Source: Rhizaria sp. SCN 62-66
Taxonomy: Eukaryota
Length of the DNA: 24,318 nt
Assembly (NCBI GenBank): GCA_001724265.1
Contig: MEDY01000255.1
Location: forward strand, 62,001 to 86,318
Direction of reading: 5' to 3'
How positions within the stretch are numbered: the first letter of the stretch is position 1; every line of letters begins with the position of its first letter. Positions 1-11,375 of this stretch are shown piece after piece. The position numbers were made by a program, and so were the translations under genes. The notes beneath the pieces were generated by a model that saw only the letters and a program-made list of their open reading frames with translations, made no database searches and was not told where the DNA came from.

Positions 1-3000
1 AGCGTTGACCCTCTCAACGACCTCGTAGGGCCAGTGCAGGTCGGCGGCAAGCTGCTTCGCAACCGCATCTACGTTCTCGCCGAGCATGTTGACAGCCTCC
101 CAGACGCCGTTGCCGCGGTCGACGGCCGCCTCGTGGTGCTCGTCCGTGGCGGCCGCGAACTCGCACAGTGCCGCCAGCGAGGACTTGAGGGTGGACTCGG
201 TGAGACCGCCGGCCGAGAGGGCGAGGCCTGAGAGCAGGGCCGGCCGGTAGAGCACGAGCGGAAGGAGACGGGCGGCCAGACTGAAGGACATCGCGGGGGT
301 CGACCAGTCCACCGTGCTTGCACTCGCGCTCGCACTCGCGTCAACAGAACCGGAGCTAGAGCTAGAACTAGAGCTAGAACTAACGGCAGTGGAGCTCGAA
401 GCGGCGGTACACTGATTCTGAGTACTCGCGGTAGCACTGCTGCTGCTGCTGTTGCCAGAGGGAGCAAGGTTGATTGGCACGACCGCGTCCTTGGTGGCAT
501 TGCGCAAGACCTCCTCTTGGAGCGCGCCCATCACGGTGAACGTGCTCAGCAGGTGCTTGTGGTGCGGGAACGGCGCCGCTAAGAGCAACAGCGAGTGCAG
601 GGACGACAGAGCAACACCGCGGACGCGGTCGAGCTTTTCGCTGCCCTGCTGCAGCAGCGCGCGCGCGACGGTCAGGAAGACGACGGGCAGCAGCGGCAGC
701 GAGTGGCCGTGGGCGATAGCGCGCTCGCTCACAGCCGCATCACTCTCGTTACCACCCGCACTCGCACTCGGAGCGCTCGTGCTCACAGGCGGAGCGCTTG
801 CGCCCACGGTCGCAGTCCCAGCCGCGTCAGCGCCGCGGAGCGTGACCGCGAGCACGTGCTTGAGGCCCAGCACGGCGGCCTCGCGGACCCATGAGCCGAC
901 GTCGCCTCGCGAGTCCGTCGCGTAATCATCAAACGCGCTCAGAAGCGTGTTGATGATGGCCACTGTCACTGCGGGGACACTGTCCACACCAGCGGCGGGT
1001 TCTGAGGGGCTGCTTGGAGGCTTGCGCAGAGCGATTGAGAGCGGGACATTGTACTTGGCCGTCTTGCCAGTACTCACGGCTGCTACAGCGCCCGCGGCAG
1101 TCTTAGTCGCGGTAGCAGCAGCAGCAGTGGGATTTCCGCTGCGGGCGGCGGCGGTGACCGCGGAGGCGGCGGCCAGGCGCGCGCGCGAGGCTGCTGCGGC
1201 CGCGGCAACGCCGCTGCTCCCACTACTGGCATTGGCCATGGCGGCGGCGATGAAGCGGTTGTACCCACTGGCGGCGGGCGCAGCAACAGGCGCAGCGGCA
1301 ACGGGGGTGGCGGGGGTCTCAGAGGGCGCGGCAGCTTGGGTGCCGCTGCTCAAGTCAGCGCGAGTGTCGCTCGCAACCGCGGCGTTCGCGAGTGCGAGCA
1401 GCTTGTCGGCCGGGATGAGCGAGTCCCACTTCGGCGCCCACTTGGTGTCCAAGGAGCACTTGGTCGTCAGCGTGACGTAGAGCTGCGCCAGCGCCTGCGC
1501 CGCGCACTGGCGGGTGCCCGGGTCGGCCTCGCACTGCGGCGAGACCGACCGCGCCAGCGCAGAGAGACACAACAGAGACAGGTCGCAGGTCTTGACGTCC
1601 ACGTCGGACGCCGCGACCGGGGCACTTACACTGCTGCGCGGTGTAGATGTAAGGGTGGTGAAGGCGCAGGCCGGCAGCAGGCCGAGAGCCAGCGCCAGGC
1701 CCTGCGAGGCGCTCGCCTGGCCAACGGTCGCGCTCGCGGCGCCCGCGCTAGATGCGGCGCTAGCAGCAGCAGCAGCGGGGGCAGCGGCGGGGGCGGCAGC
1801 GTTGGTCACGAGCGCAAGGGCGTAGCCGCGGACGGTGGCGTCGACGTCGAAAAGCGCGGTCAGCCGCGGGGACTTAAGCAGCGTGGCCAGCGCGTGGGCC
1901 GAGGAGAGCTGGACCGTGATCGCGGGGTGCCGGGCAGACTCGGCCAGGAACGCCATCAGGTGGGGCAAGCGCTGGGTCAGCAAGCGGCGCACGAACGCGT
2001 CCGCGTAATTGTCGCTGACGTCGCTACTGGTGGAGCCCGAGCTCGGAGTGCTGCTGCAGACCGCATCGTCGCAGACGGCGTCACCGGAGTTGATCTTGCA
2101 CAGCGCCGTGACCAGCGCAATGACGCCGTTGCGGACGAGCCCGGCGTGGAGCCCCTCGATAAGCCCCTTGCTCTGCAGCAGCCGCGGCAGACCGAACAGC
2201 TCTTCGAGCACGCCGCGGCTGACGGCTGGGACACTGGCGCCAGGAGCTAAGACAATGTCCTTCATCCTGCTCTCACTTGCCGCGCTCGTGTGGGTGAGAG
2301 AGCTCGCGGTAATCTCATCAGCGGTGTCCGCCGCTGCAGCACGGCATGACTCCTTGTCGTCAGTCATCGGCACGGCGCGGCTTAACTTCCTGGCGGCGAT
2401 GACCTCGGCGACGACGGCCAGTCCAAGCAGCGCGCCGTGGCGGGCCGCGACGTCCGTCGACGCCGCGTTGGCCAGCAGCGGTGGCAGCGCGTGCGAAAGG
2501 ATCAGCCCGGGCGCCTGGCGGTGGGCCCCGGCGAGCGCGCGGAGGGCGGCGGCGGCGTGCGAGCGCATTGAGGCATCCCAGTGCACCAGCAGCACCGTGG
2601 CCACGTGGGAGACGAAATGGGCGCAGTACAGCGCGTCGTAGCCGGCCACAGTGGCCGCGATCGAGGTGAACGACGTGAGGCGGACCGAGATGGTGAAGTA
2701 GTCCGCGGTGGTCACGATGTCGATGCCGTGCGGGAATGAACCCTGTGAGAACAGACAACAAAATGCATGGATTTAGCACATAGATGTGAGTGACCTAGAG
2801 TAGTTTTAAGATTACATATTTGACACTAAAAATAAACTCCCATATAACAAAAAGTAGTTATATAGGAAGGACTATTTCGAGCTATATTTGAGTTATTTGT
2901 TTTTGCGTACCTGTCGCCCGACGTGCTCCTGGAAGGCCGCGGCGGCCGCCCTGCGGCAGTTGACGTCCCTATCGTACAGCGCCGTCGTGATAAGCCCCGT

Positions 3001-5112
3001 GGCAAGCCCGTTGACGTAAGGCCGCATGGTCTCGGGCGTGTATGCGCGCGCAAAGGCCCAGGCGACGTAGCACGCTGCGTCGCGGACGTGGGTGCCGACG
3101 CTGTGGTTGCCCCGACGCACGTCAAAGAGCAGCCCGTGCAGCACGAGCGGAACCGTTGCGACAAGGCGCCGCGGCAGCAGCAGCCCGCGGCGGGCCAGCT
3201 CGGCAAGCGCAAGGAGGGAGCCGTGCCAGAGCGCGTCGTTGTTGCGCTGCTGCTCGGTTAGCTGCGCGAGCAGGTGCGCGATGAGCTGGTCGGCAAAGCG
3301 GCGCGGCAGGTTGTTTGTGATGCGGCCAATGCCCTTGGCGGCGGACCAACGCACCGCGGTCGAGTCGTCGTTGAGCGAGACCAGCAGCCGGTCGAGGATG
3401 ACTTCGGTGTACGAGTACTCGGGCGAGTATTCGGCCTCGACGCTCTCGCTCTCGTCCTCGTCAAACTCGGCGTCTGCGTCCACATCACCCGTGCCAGGCG
3501 CAGTCGCAGTGGCAGCAGTTGCGCTCTTTGCAACGTCGCTCGCGCTACCCGCCGGCATTGCGCCAGCGCCAGCGTTATTGGTGTTGAAGAGAGCGAGGTT
3601 GTCTGTGAGCGAGCGGTGTCCGCGCTGGTAGCGCCACTTGGCCACCTTGGGCGTGAGGAACGCCAGGCCGATGCGCTGCACGAGTTTCACCCAGAGCTTG
3701 CGGCACAGCTGCGACTGTACCCAGAACACCGGCGACGGCCGCTTCGCTGCCGCCCGCGCGTCTGACAGCAGCGACTCGACCGCAGACAGGCTCGTGCTCG
3801 CGCTACTGTTGGAGGACTCGCTCTCAGTATCAGCGGCCGCAGCATCGTTGCTGCTGGAGTCACCGGTAACACTGGTATCACTGTCACTGCTGCTGGTATT
3901 GTTGTTGGTGAAGAGCGTGGTCCAGAGCCGCGGCGCAACGACGGTCTGCACACTGGCCCGCGGCGCAACCTTGACGATGAGCACGAGTGCCTGAAGCACG
4001 CCCGTGACAAGCGCGCGGTGGCCCTGCGCCGCGGCCGCGGTGGCGTCCTGGCTCAGCACGCCCTTGGCCCAGTCACAGAAGGCGGCCAGCACACTGTGGT
4101 GCATGTCGGCGCGGGAGAAGAGCTTGCTCACGAGGTACGCCGCCGCGTCGCGCACGGGGCCAGAGTCGGCCAGATAGAGCTTCGCGAGGACCAGTAACCC
4201 GTCGACAACAGCGCCGGCGTACGACAAAGTCACCACTGTCGTAGTCGTCGCAGTAGATGATGCGGTGACAGTAGTGCCCGCGGCGGCCGCAGCGGCGGCG
4301 GCGGAGGCCGCGGCGGCGGCGGCGGCGGTAGCGGTCGAGTCAAGCGTGCGAAGGTCAAACGGGATAAGCGCGAGCGTCGAGAGCCAGAGTAGCAGCCCAT
4401 AGCGCAGGTGCCACGACGCGTAGTCGTACGGCGACTGCGCGGACAGGAACGCGAGGGCGGGCTCCAGGTCGCGGACGTGGTGGGGCACGAAGCGGCCCAC
4501 GGTGTCGGCGCCGCGCACCTTGCATAGCGTGTACAGCACCGAAAAGGCGCGGTGCGCGACGCAGATGGGCGCGGAGACGGGCAGCCCGCGGAAGGCGACC
4601 AGGTCGGCGGACAGCGATGCGGTCGCGGCGGCGGTCGCGGCGGCGGCGGAGGCGGCGGCCTCGGCAGCGGCCGCGTCGGTGGCGGTGGCGGAGACGAGGG
4701 TGTTGTTGGCGCTCAGCATGTCCAGCGTGCTGTTGCTACTGTTGTCACTGCTTGCAAGCGCGTCAACAGCGCTTGTGCTGTCGCTGTTGTTGTTGTTATT
4801 GCTGGCACGGCGCTCGATGATTGCGAGGCCGAGGTCGCGGACACGCTTGCTCGCAAGCAGAAAGATCCTATCGATGAACGACTCTAAGTAAGGCTCGATT
4901 AGCTCGCCGAACTCCTGGTACTTTTGCAAGATGTCGCAAACCTCCTGTGCTGGCGCCGTGGAGCTGACGAACGTATCCTCTTGCAGCAGAGCCAGGACGT
5001 GGGCCTCCTCCTTGAAGTAGGTGTCCTTGTGCTCCAACTCGTCCACGTCGTGCGCAGTCGCGTCACCGGAGTCCGTGTCACCGCCCAGCGGGGCGTGCGA
5101 GGGAGCGGACAT
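1..5112 (-). CDS. TBCD: Tubulin-specific chaperone D (tubulin-folding cofactor D), 3'-partial; exons 5112-2911 and 2742-<1, intron 2910-2743
   Basis: TBCD motifs: LYTLCKVRG, LLLWLSTLALIPFDL, WRYQRGHRSL, VRWSAAKGIGRIT, WHGSLLALAELARRGLLLP, SVGTHVRDAACYVAWAFARAY and DRDVNCRRAAAAAFQEHVGRQ. Splicing GTACGC...CAG gives RQ|GSFPHGIDIVTTADYF. Exon 2 is absent from the ORF track because it runs off the edge; it contains DDYATDSRGDVGSWVREAA, LLQQGSEKLDRVR and SAGGLTEST. The ATG at 5112 was chosen where GC-rich coding-type sequence begins. Confidence 0.96.
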
Positions 5113-5632
5113 CTGCGCGCAGAAAGAGGCGGGGCGGCAGCGGAGTCGGGGAGATGAGGTGCGGGAGGCAGCGAGCGAGTGCGAAGGAAGGCCTAAAGAA
5201 CCAGTGGAGAGCGAGAGGTATAAGCAAATGTTTGAAAATAAAATAACGGGTCTAGACATTGTATAACAATTTGTTCTCTTAAGGCACTATACAAAGCGCG
5301 GTTGACGACTATACATGTGAGATAGATGTGCTCAAAGAAATCGGTCCGTTATCGATATTCAAACCTGTGCATGCACAAGAGCCACATCTGTGGCTCTAAT
5401 TTGTCGAACAGCTACTAACGCAATTTGATCGTCAAATGCTATGATAAACACATATTATGGACTGAATTATAGCATTGCGTATTATACTAATCGCATGTTT
5501 TCTATATCTGCGCTAAAGACCACTAGCTGGTGCATTTTTATCGAAGTCTGACTCACTCCCTCCTTCGCTGTCTTCCCCAACTCCGCAAATCGCTGAAGCA
5601 AGGGCACTACAAAGCTTTGTGGTTTGATCAAG
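5113..5632. promoter_or_regulatory. Putative bidirectional promoter/5'UTR region between TBCD and the ENTH gene
   Basis: 520-bp, mostly AT-rich interval between head-to-head start codons. Inferred from gene arrangement only. Confidence 0.5.
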
Positions 5633-7176
5633 ATGTTCAAGGGCATTATCAAAGCGATGTACGTTCTATCAGTGCGTAGTCATTTCGTGACATGTTGAGC
5701 AGATGTCGGAAAACGTTGCCGATATTAGCTCACCTCTTCATCATCGATCCTCCTTCTTCCTTTCACCTTGCCCGATTACACCACCAAAACGTCACTGGAA
5801 CGCACTGCAACTACAGCAAGGGCGCGCAATACAGTGAGTTTGAGCTTAAGGTGCGCGCCGCTACGGCTCACGAAGGGCCTTTCCCGACTGAGGCCGAGAT
5901 CGAGGACATTAGGGCTGAGGTCCACGCGTACGTCAGTTGAGATCAAATATTGACTCAACCATCAATAATTGTCTCATGTTTTTGTATATTGTTCACATAA
6001 CATATAACGTTAGCCGCCACGTAATTTATTTCGGTTTCACTATATATAATTTCAATATCCCTGAGATATCAGCTCTTCTGTTTTCAACCTGTTCTCCTTT
6101 GGTCAACTCACGACACACACACACACACACAAATTGCCCTTGTATCACCCACTTCATGAACCTATCTCCCAGCTCGGACGACGAGTTCGCGTCCCTCTGG
6201 GCCGTGCTCTCGCACCGCCTCTGTGACACGGCCTTCCCTGTCCACATCCACAAGTCTCTTTCTCTGCTGTGGACGCTGCTCTCGACGTGCGCGACCTCGC
6301 ACACGCAGGGTCTGTTCGTCACCGCCATCATGGAGCGCGCCGACACGTTCGCGCATCTCGCGCAATCGACGCAGTTCTCGGTACGTGCCAACTCCCTCTC
6401 TGTGGACACTCAGTGTCACTGACTACGAGCTCTCAACTCCCTATGTTGGCGTTAGATATCCCGGATTTTCGACTCACAAGTTCTTGGACTTTTTCACTAT
6501 TCGCGTTGTTTTATTGTAACTTCAGACTGATGTGCAGGAACTCTCCACCCGCATTACCCAGTACGTCGAGTCGCACTCCCTTGCTAACAACAGTAGAGCG
6601 ATTGCTTCCGATGCCAGCAGCGCCCCTGCCCCGCCGCGCCCCGCCGGCCCGCCCCCGTCTCTGTCGGCTTCCGCCCGTGCCGCCGCCGCCGCGAGCGGCT
6701 CCCTCGAAGTCAAGCCGCCCCGCTCCGGCTCCGTCGACGGGATCGACCTCAGCACGCTGACCCCAGTGAGCAGCCCCAGCCTGGCCCTGGCCGGCGACGG
6801 CGGCCACACGGTCCCGAGTACGGGCTCGCAGCAGTACACGCGGATCACGGGCGACGCCGCGGGGGACGAGTTCGGCGGCCTCGCGGGCGCGGGTACCCAC
6901 GGTACTCATGAGGGCGTTGCGCCCGTGGCCAGCGACGTGGAGCTCGGCGGCGGCATGCGGGTCTACGACGCGGTCGATTTCGCGCTCGTGGTCGGGCCGG
7001 GAGGTGGGCAGCAGCACGCGGCAGGACCGAAAAAGTCGCACGGCAACGGCAGCAAGCGGGGCTCGGGCTCCGGTGCCGCGGCGGAGGGCGACTGCGAGCA
7101 GGGCGGCGCTGGGCTCGACAACCTCAGTGCGCTGGGAAGCGGTATCGGCGACGCGCTCGACGCAGCGACGGACTGA
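5633..7176 (+). CDS. ENTH-domain (epsin-like) protein, ~331 aa; exons 5633-5658, 5817-5927, 6173-6380, 6526-7176
   Basis: Three GTACGT...AG introns join in frame to give MFKGIIKAIKGAQYSEFELKVRAATAHEGPFPTEAEIEDIRAEVHASDDEFASLWAVLSHRLCDTAFPVHIHKSLSLLWTLL. This resembles the epsin ENTH pattern YSEAEIKVREAT...IWKRL...HVYKAMTLMEYL. A disordered Gly/Ser/Ala/Pro tail follows. Confidence 0.8.
6113..6130. repeat. (AC)9 microsatellite in ENTH intron 2
   Basis: Directly visible. Confidence 0.9.
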
Positions 7177-7656
7177 GATACAGAGCTTAGACTGAGAGTC
7201 ACTGAGACTGACTGATGTGAGACACCGAGTGGCCGAGAGTTATGTGCGATTGACTGTAGCATGAACAATGGAGTGGTGCGCTATATCAGTCTTTGTTGTG
7301 CATGTCTTAGTTGACATGATGTTTCGCAGCAAGGCCAAAACCGCTGTGCTATGAGTCGAATTTAACCAACATTACGCTAATATGTTGGGAAATTGTTGTG
7401 ATTACACGTTTTAAGTTGCTGAATATGTGAAATCTGTGCCTAATTTTGTTCTAAGTGTTTATTCCTCTTCTGTGACGTGAATGACGTCAGTCGCATGCAG
7501 TTATAAAGAAACAAGCTCATCTGTTTAAGTCCCAATATCGCGCTATAACGGACAGAATATTAGATGATTGACAATATCAAATATTGATGTGTTAAGATGC
7601 ACTCTTTGTTTGCATATTCGCTATGACGTCCTCCGCGAAGAAAGGAGCAAACTTAT

Positions 7657-7688
7657 ATCCAGCACGACTACCATCCAGCACGACTACC
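7657..7688. repeat. Perfect tandem duplication of the 16-mer ATCCAGCACGACTACC
   Basis: Copies at 7657-7672 and 7673-7688, immediately followed by a T/A tract. Confidence 0.9.
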
Positions 7689-7977
7689 TTTTTTTTTAAT
7701 TTTTTTATTAAAAAAATAAATAAATAAATTCGGCCAACTATGACGGCAGACCGGTCCGAGCGGTCCGAGACGATGAGCCGAAGAACCCGATCTTCAACTT
7801 CATCCAGCGCAACTAATTGTCCGTTAACAGCATTGTGCTTCATTTTTCCATTCAAATACGTATCATCCTATTATGTATTCTTTGTATGTTGTCTATGAAT
7901 ATATCCTCACCCCACAACTTGTCTTTCCCGGCACAGTTCCTCCCTACCGCCTTTCGCACTTTTCCCCGCCCTGCCTT

Positions 7978-8688
7978 ATGCCCGCCCCCGCCGCCCCTGC
8001 CGGGGCCCCCGCGTCGCTGCGCCCGCGTGGTCTAGTCCTGCTTGACCTGGACGACCCGTACGTATACGCGCTGATCAAGGAAGAGCTGTTGAAGCGCGCG
8101 GCGTCCTGGGAGCTGCTCGAGCCCAACCCCGCCACGCGCGCCCGCGTGCCCTGCAACGCCGGCGTCGCCTTCGGGCCCGAGCACGATGTCACGCTGCTGC
8201 CCGACGACGGCGGCTACGCGCTCCCCGCCGACGAGGACGATAGCACTGCCGCGAGGCGGCCTATCTTCCAATGGGTCGAGTACGAGCGCGTCAACTGGGA
8301 CGCCGTGTCGGCCGGCCGCGTCGGCACCATTTGGTACACAAACCGCAAGGGCCTCGTCCGCAAGGCGCAGCTCGCCAACACGGTCGAGAAACACCTCACC
8401 AAGTGCCCGTGTGTCGCCAAGGAGCCCAAGGAGGTGCCCCTGAGTGACACAGACGACTCTGACACTGACGATTCTGAGGTTGAGGCTGAGGCTGAGGCTG
8501 CGGACAACACTGCTGACGAGGCTGCTGAGGCTGAGACGAAGGAGGCTGGGACTGAGACTGAGGCCGAAGCTGATGACGTGAGCTTCAACGCTGAGACTAC
8601 CGAGGCTCATGACAGTAACGACAACGATAGCGACCATGACACCGATGCTGGCGACGATGATGATGACGACGACGACGATGATGATGAT

Positions 8689-8724
<36 letters not shown>

Positions 8725-10837
8725 GACGACGACGAGGAGGAGGATGAAGCTGAGCCTGCGGTGTTCACTGGCAGCAGCGGCTGCGCGCTGCAGGTGCACG
8801 TGCCGGAGACACACCACTTTGAGTTCCGTGGCATGGAGGAGATGGGTACGTAGTTATATCAATTGCAACGACAAAACACAACGAATACGCGCATATATCG
8901 TTATTTACACGAACACATTACAAACTAACACTTGAGGACGCTGAAGCACGTACTTGACGATGGAAACAAACCGTGAACACAAAACCTACCAAACCACGCA
9001 AACTCTCACATGATTCCGACAACATCACTACTTTTCGCGTCTCTGCGCGCATGTGCTTAGACGAGCTCCTCATATGCGACCTGCCCGAGGTCCGCGCGCT
9101 CTCGGCGCGGACCCCGGCGGAGAACCTGCGTCGCGGCGACGCCTGGATCCTCAAGCCCTCGATGACCAATCAGGCCAAGGAAGTCCACCTCATCGCGTCA
9201 GAGGAGCGCTTTATCGCCGCTATGTCGGGCGACGACGCCGCCGACATTCGTGAGTGGGTGCTGCAGCGGTACATCCACCGCCCGTTGCTCATCGACGGCG
9301 GCCGCAAGTTCCACATCCGCGCCCACGTGTACGCGTCGGGCGCGCTCACGGTTTTTCTCGTAGACCGCCCGCTGGCGCTCTTCTCGCTCAAGCGTTTTGA
9401 CGCCAGCGACGCTGCCAATGTGGATGACGAGCGCGTGCATATTACAAACGTGTGCTACCAAAAGGGACGTTTCGTCGCCCCAGAGGGGCAGGAGGTACGC
9501 ATTTTACACAAGACACCTTGACAGGATAGATATCACATTAACGATTATCTGTTGTTCTGAACCTCTATCAATGATATTCACTTGTAATATCTCTTCCTTA
9601 TTTCTTGATTTTGCTAATTTTTGTTTTGATTGACGTGAAATACCTGTTGTTTTTGCAATTGTCGACGCAGGGCGCGACCTTTTGCGAGAGCCAGGCCGTG
9701 ATGTTGCTGCACGAGGCGTTTGCCGTGTGGGCCCAGGAGCACCTCACCGCCGCCAGCACAGACCGCGACAGCAGTGCGAAGGCTGATCCCGAGTCCGCAG
9801 CGACTGAGTCTCCGCTGCCTCCGTACCTCGCCGGCTCTGCCGCGGCGTTCAAGTACCTCCGGAAGCGCACAGCCAAGGCCGCCGCCGGTGCGGTGAACAA
9901 GACCGGTGACGACTGTGCTGACGCGAACTGCCCTGAGACCGAGAGCAAGAGCGAGACTGCGCCTGCGACCGCTGAGAGCGAGTGTAAGGGCAAGACCACG
10001 AAGGGTGTCGACGGCATCGAGGCTGTGAGCACTGAAGCCCGCTCGATCGGCCTCTCGGCGCTGGCGCACGTGCGCAAGCAAATGATTAGCATTTTATCAG
10101 AGCTGTACGCCGCCGGTGCCGAGGCCCACGACGTGCGCAACTGCTGCCCCGCCACCGCACACAATCACCTCTGCAGCGGGAAGAACGCCCAACTGCAGCA
10201 GAACAGCGATGACATCAACGACGACGATAGCGAAGACAAGGACGACTACGACGACGTGGTTTACGGTACGGAAGGCAAGCCGCCCGCTTGCGTGAACAAG
10301 TCCCGGCGCGGCATGAGCATGATGGCGGGCTACGTGCCGCTGGCCAAATGTGGCGAGCTCTACGGACTCGACTTCATGGTTGACGAACGGCTCAAGGTCT
10401 GGCTACTCGAGGTCAACGCGGGGCCCGACTTCGGCCAAACGGGGCAGCGGCTCAAGGAGCTGGTGTGCCGGCCGCTGGTGCAGGGCGCGGTGCAGCTCGC
10501 GCTCGGCACGGTGCTCGCCACGGAGCCCCGCAACAGCAGCAACTGCAATGTCGTCATCGATCACGCTAGCGCGAGTGCTGAGAACAGTGGCAAGGGCGTC
10601 GGTGTGGCGGCTGCGGCGCGGCCCAGCTACGGCAGGGACGACAGCACGCCGATCGAGCTCATCCGCGAAGTGACCGTGGGCAACAGCAGCAGCAACGGTG
10701 TTGCCGGAGCTGCCGACAAGGGCATGAAAGATGCGGAGGCTGTTGTTTTGCGTGACGATTACGCAGAGGAGGCCATGCAGATCTGGGGACTACCCGCAGT
10801 ACCTCATTTTACGCCGGTGCTTCACATCGTGCTGTGA
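7978..10837 (+). CDS. Tubulin-tyrosine-ligase family ATP-grasp protein, most like Pby1, ~822 aa; exons 7978-8845, 9061-9494, 9671-10837
   Basis: TTL/ATP-grasp motifs: WILKPS, WVLQRYIHRPLLIDGGRKFHIRAHV, HITN and ELYGLDFMVDERLKVWLLEVNAGPDF. The N-terminal QWVEYE and RKGLVRK, together with RKFHIR and EVNAxPDF, recall fungal Pby1. Introns GTACGT..TAG (8846-9060) and GTACGC..CAG (9495-9670) preserve the frame. Confidence 0.9.
8653..8748 (+). repeat. (GAY/GAG)n triplet repeat encoding poly-Asp/Glu in the TTL-like gene
   Basis: Directly visible; includes repeated GACGACGACAGC units. Confidence 0.9.
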
Positions 10838-11375
10838 GCACGCGTTTCCAAGTTAAAATGGGGATACACCGGTCAAGTTAATCAGCTTTGCGTTATCAGT
10901 GACAGAGGGCCGGCGGACCACGCTTCGTTGATTTTCTTAGAAGTGGGGTTATGACGCCTTGATTTGTTATTTTATGAAAATGCGATTAGGTTTAGCAGTA
11001 CTACATGCGATACATTCTTAAAATTAAGTTCATAACTCTTGTGCATGGGAATCGACGAAGATATACCCGGGTGTGTGCGTGACTCTAGTGCTAATTCGAG
11101 TCCAGTGTGACCAAACGCAGAGTCCACCTCGCACTTGGTGTTCGACTTCACAACGACATAATTCACACATGCGTCGTGAGCTTGATATGAACCTTTGTGT
11201 GTGATATTTAAAGTGTTACTGTATATTTGGACTTTTAATTATATGTTTTCAGAGAGCGATATGTATGCCGAGCTCAGTAGTTTTAGCTTCGACTCATCAA
11301 ATCCATCCAACGGCTCTTCACTTTTCTTTGTCACAGACCGGTGTGGCTTTCCGCCTCCGTTCCTGCGTTCACTCC

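Noticed and set aside
5113..5259. 49-aa N-terminal extension of TBCD from ATG 5259 in the ORF track
   Set aside because: The sequence is pyrimidine-rich and UTR/intron-like, ending in an acceptor-like CAG, with no TBCD similarity. It is not fully excluded.
34..5266. Numerous plus-strand ORFs (e.g. 947-1480, 1336-2250, 2009-2641, 3092-3631)
   Set aside because: They are antisense shadows of the GC-rich TBCD coding sequence and show no independent motifs.
7657..7769. Short direct repeats as a CRISPR-like array
   Set aside because: Only two adjacent copies each, no spacers, eukaryotic context and no cas genes.
8032..8817. 261-aa minus-strand ORF with a long Val/Ile hydrophobic stretch resembling a membrane protein
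   Set aside because: It is the reverse complement of the GAC/GAT poly-Asp repeat.
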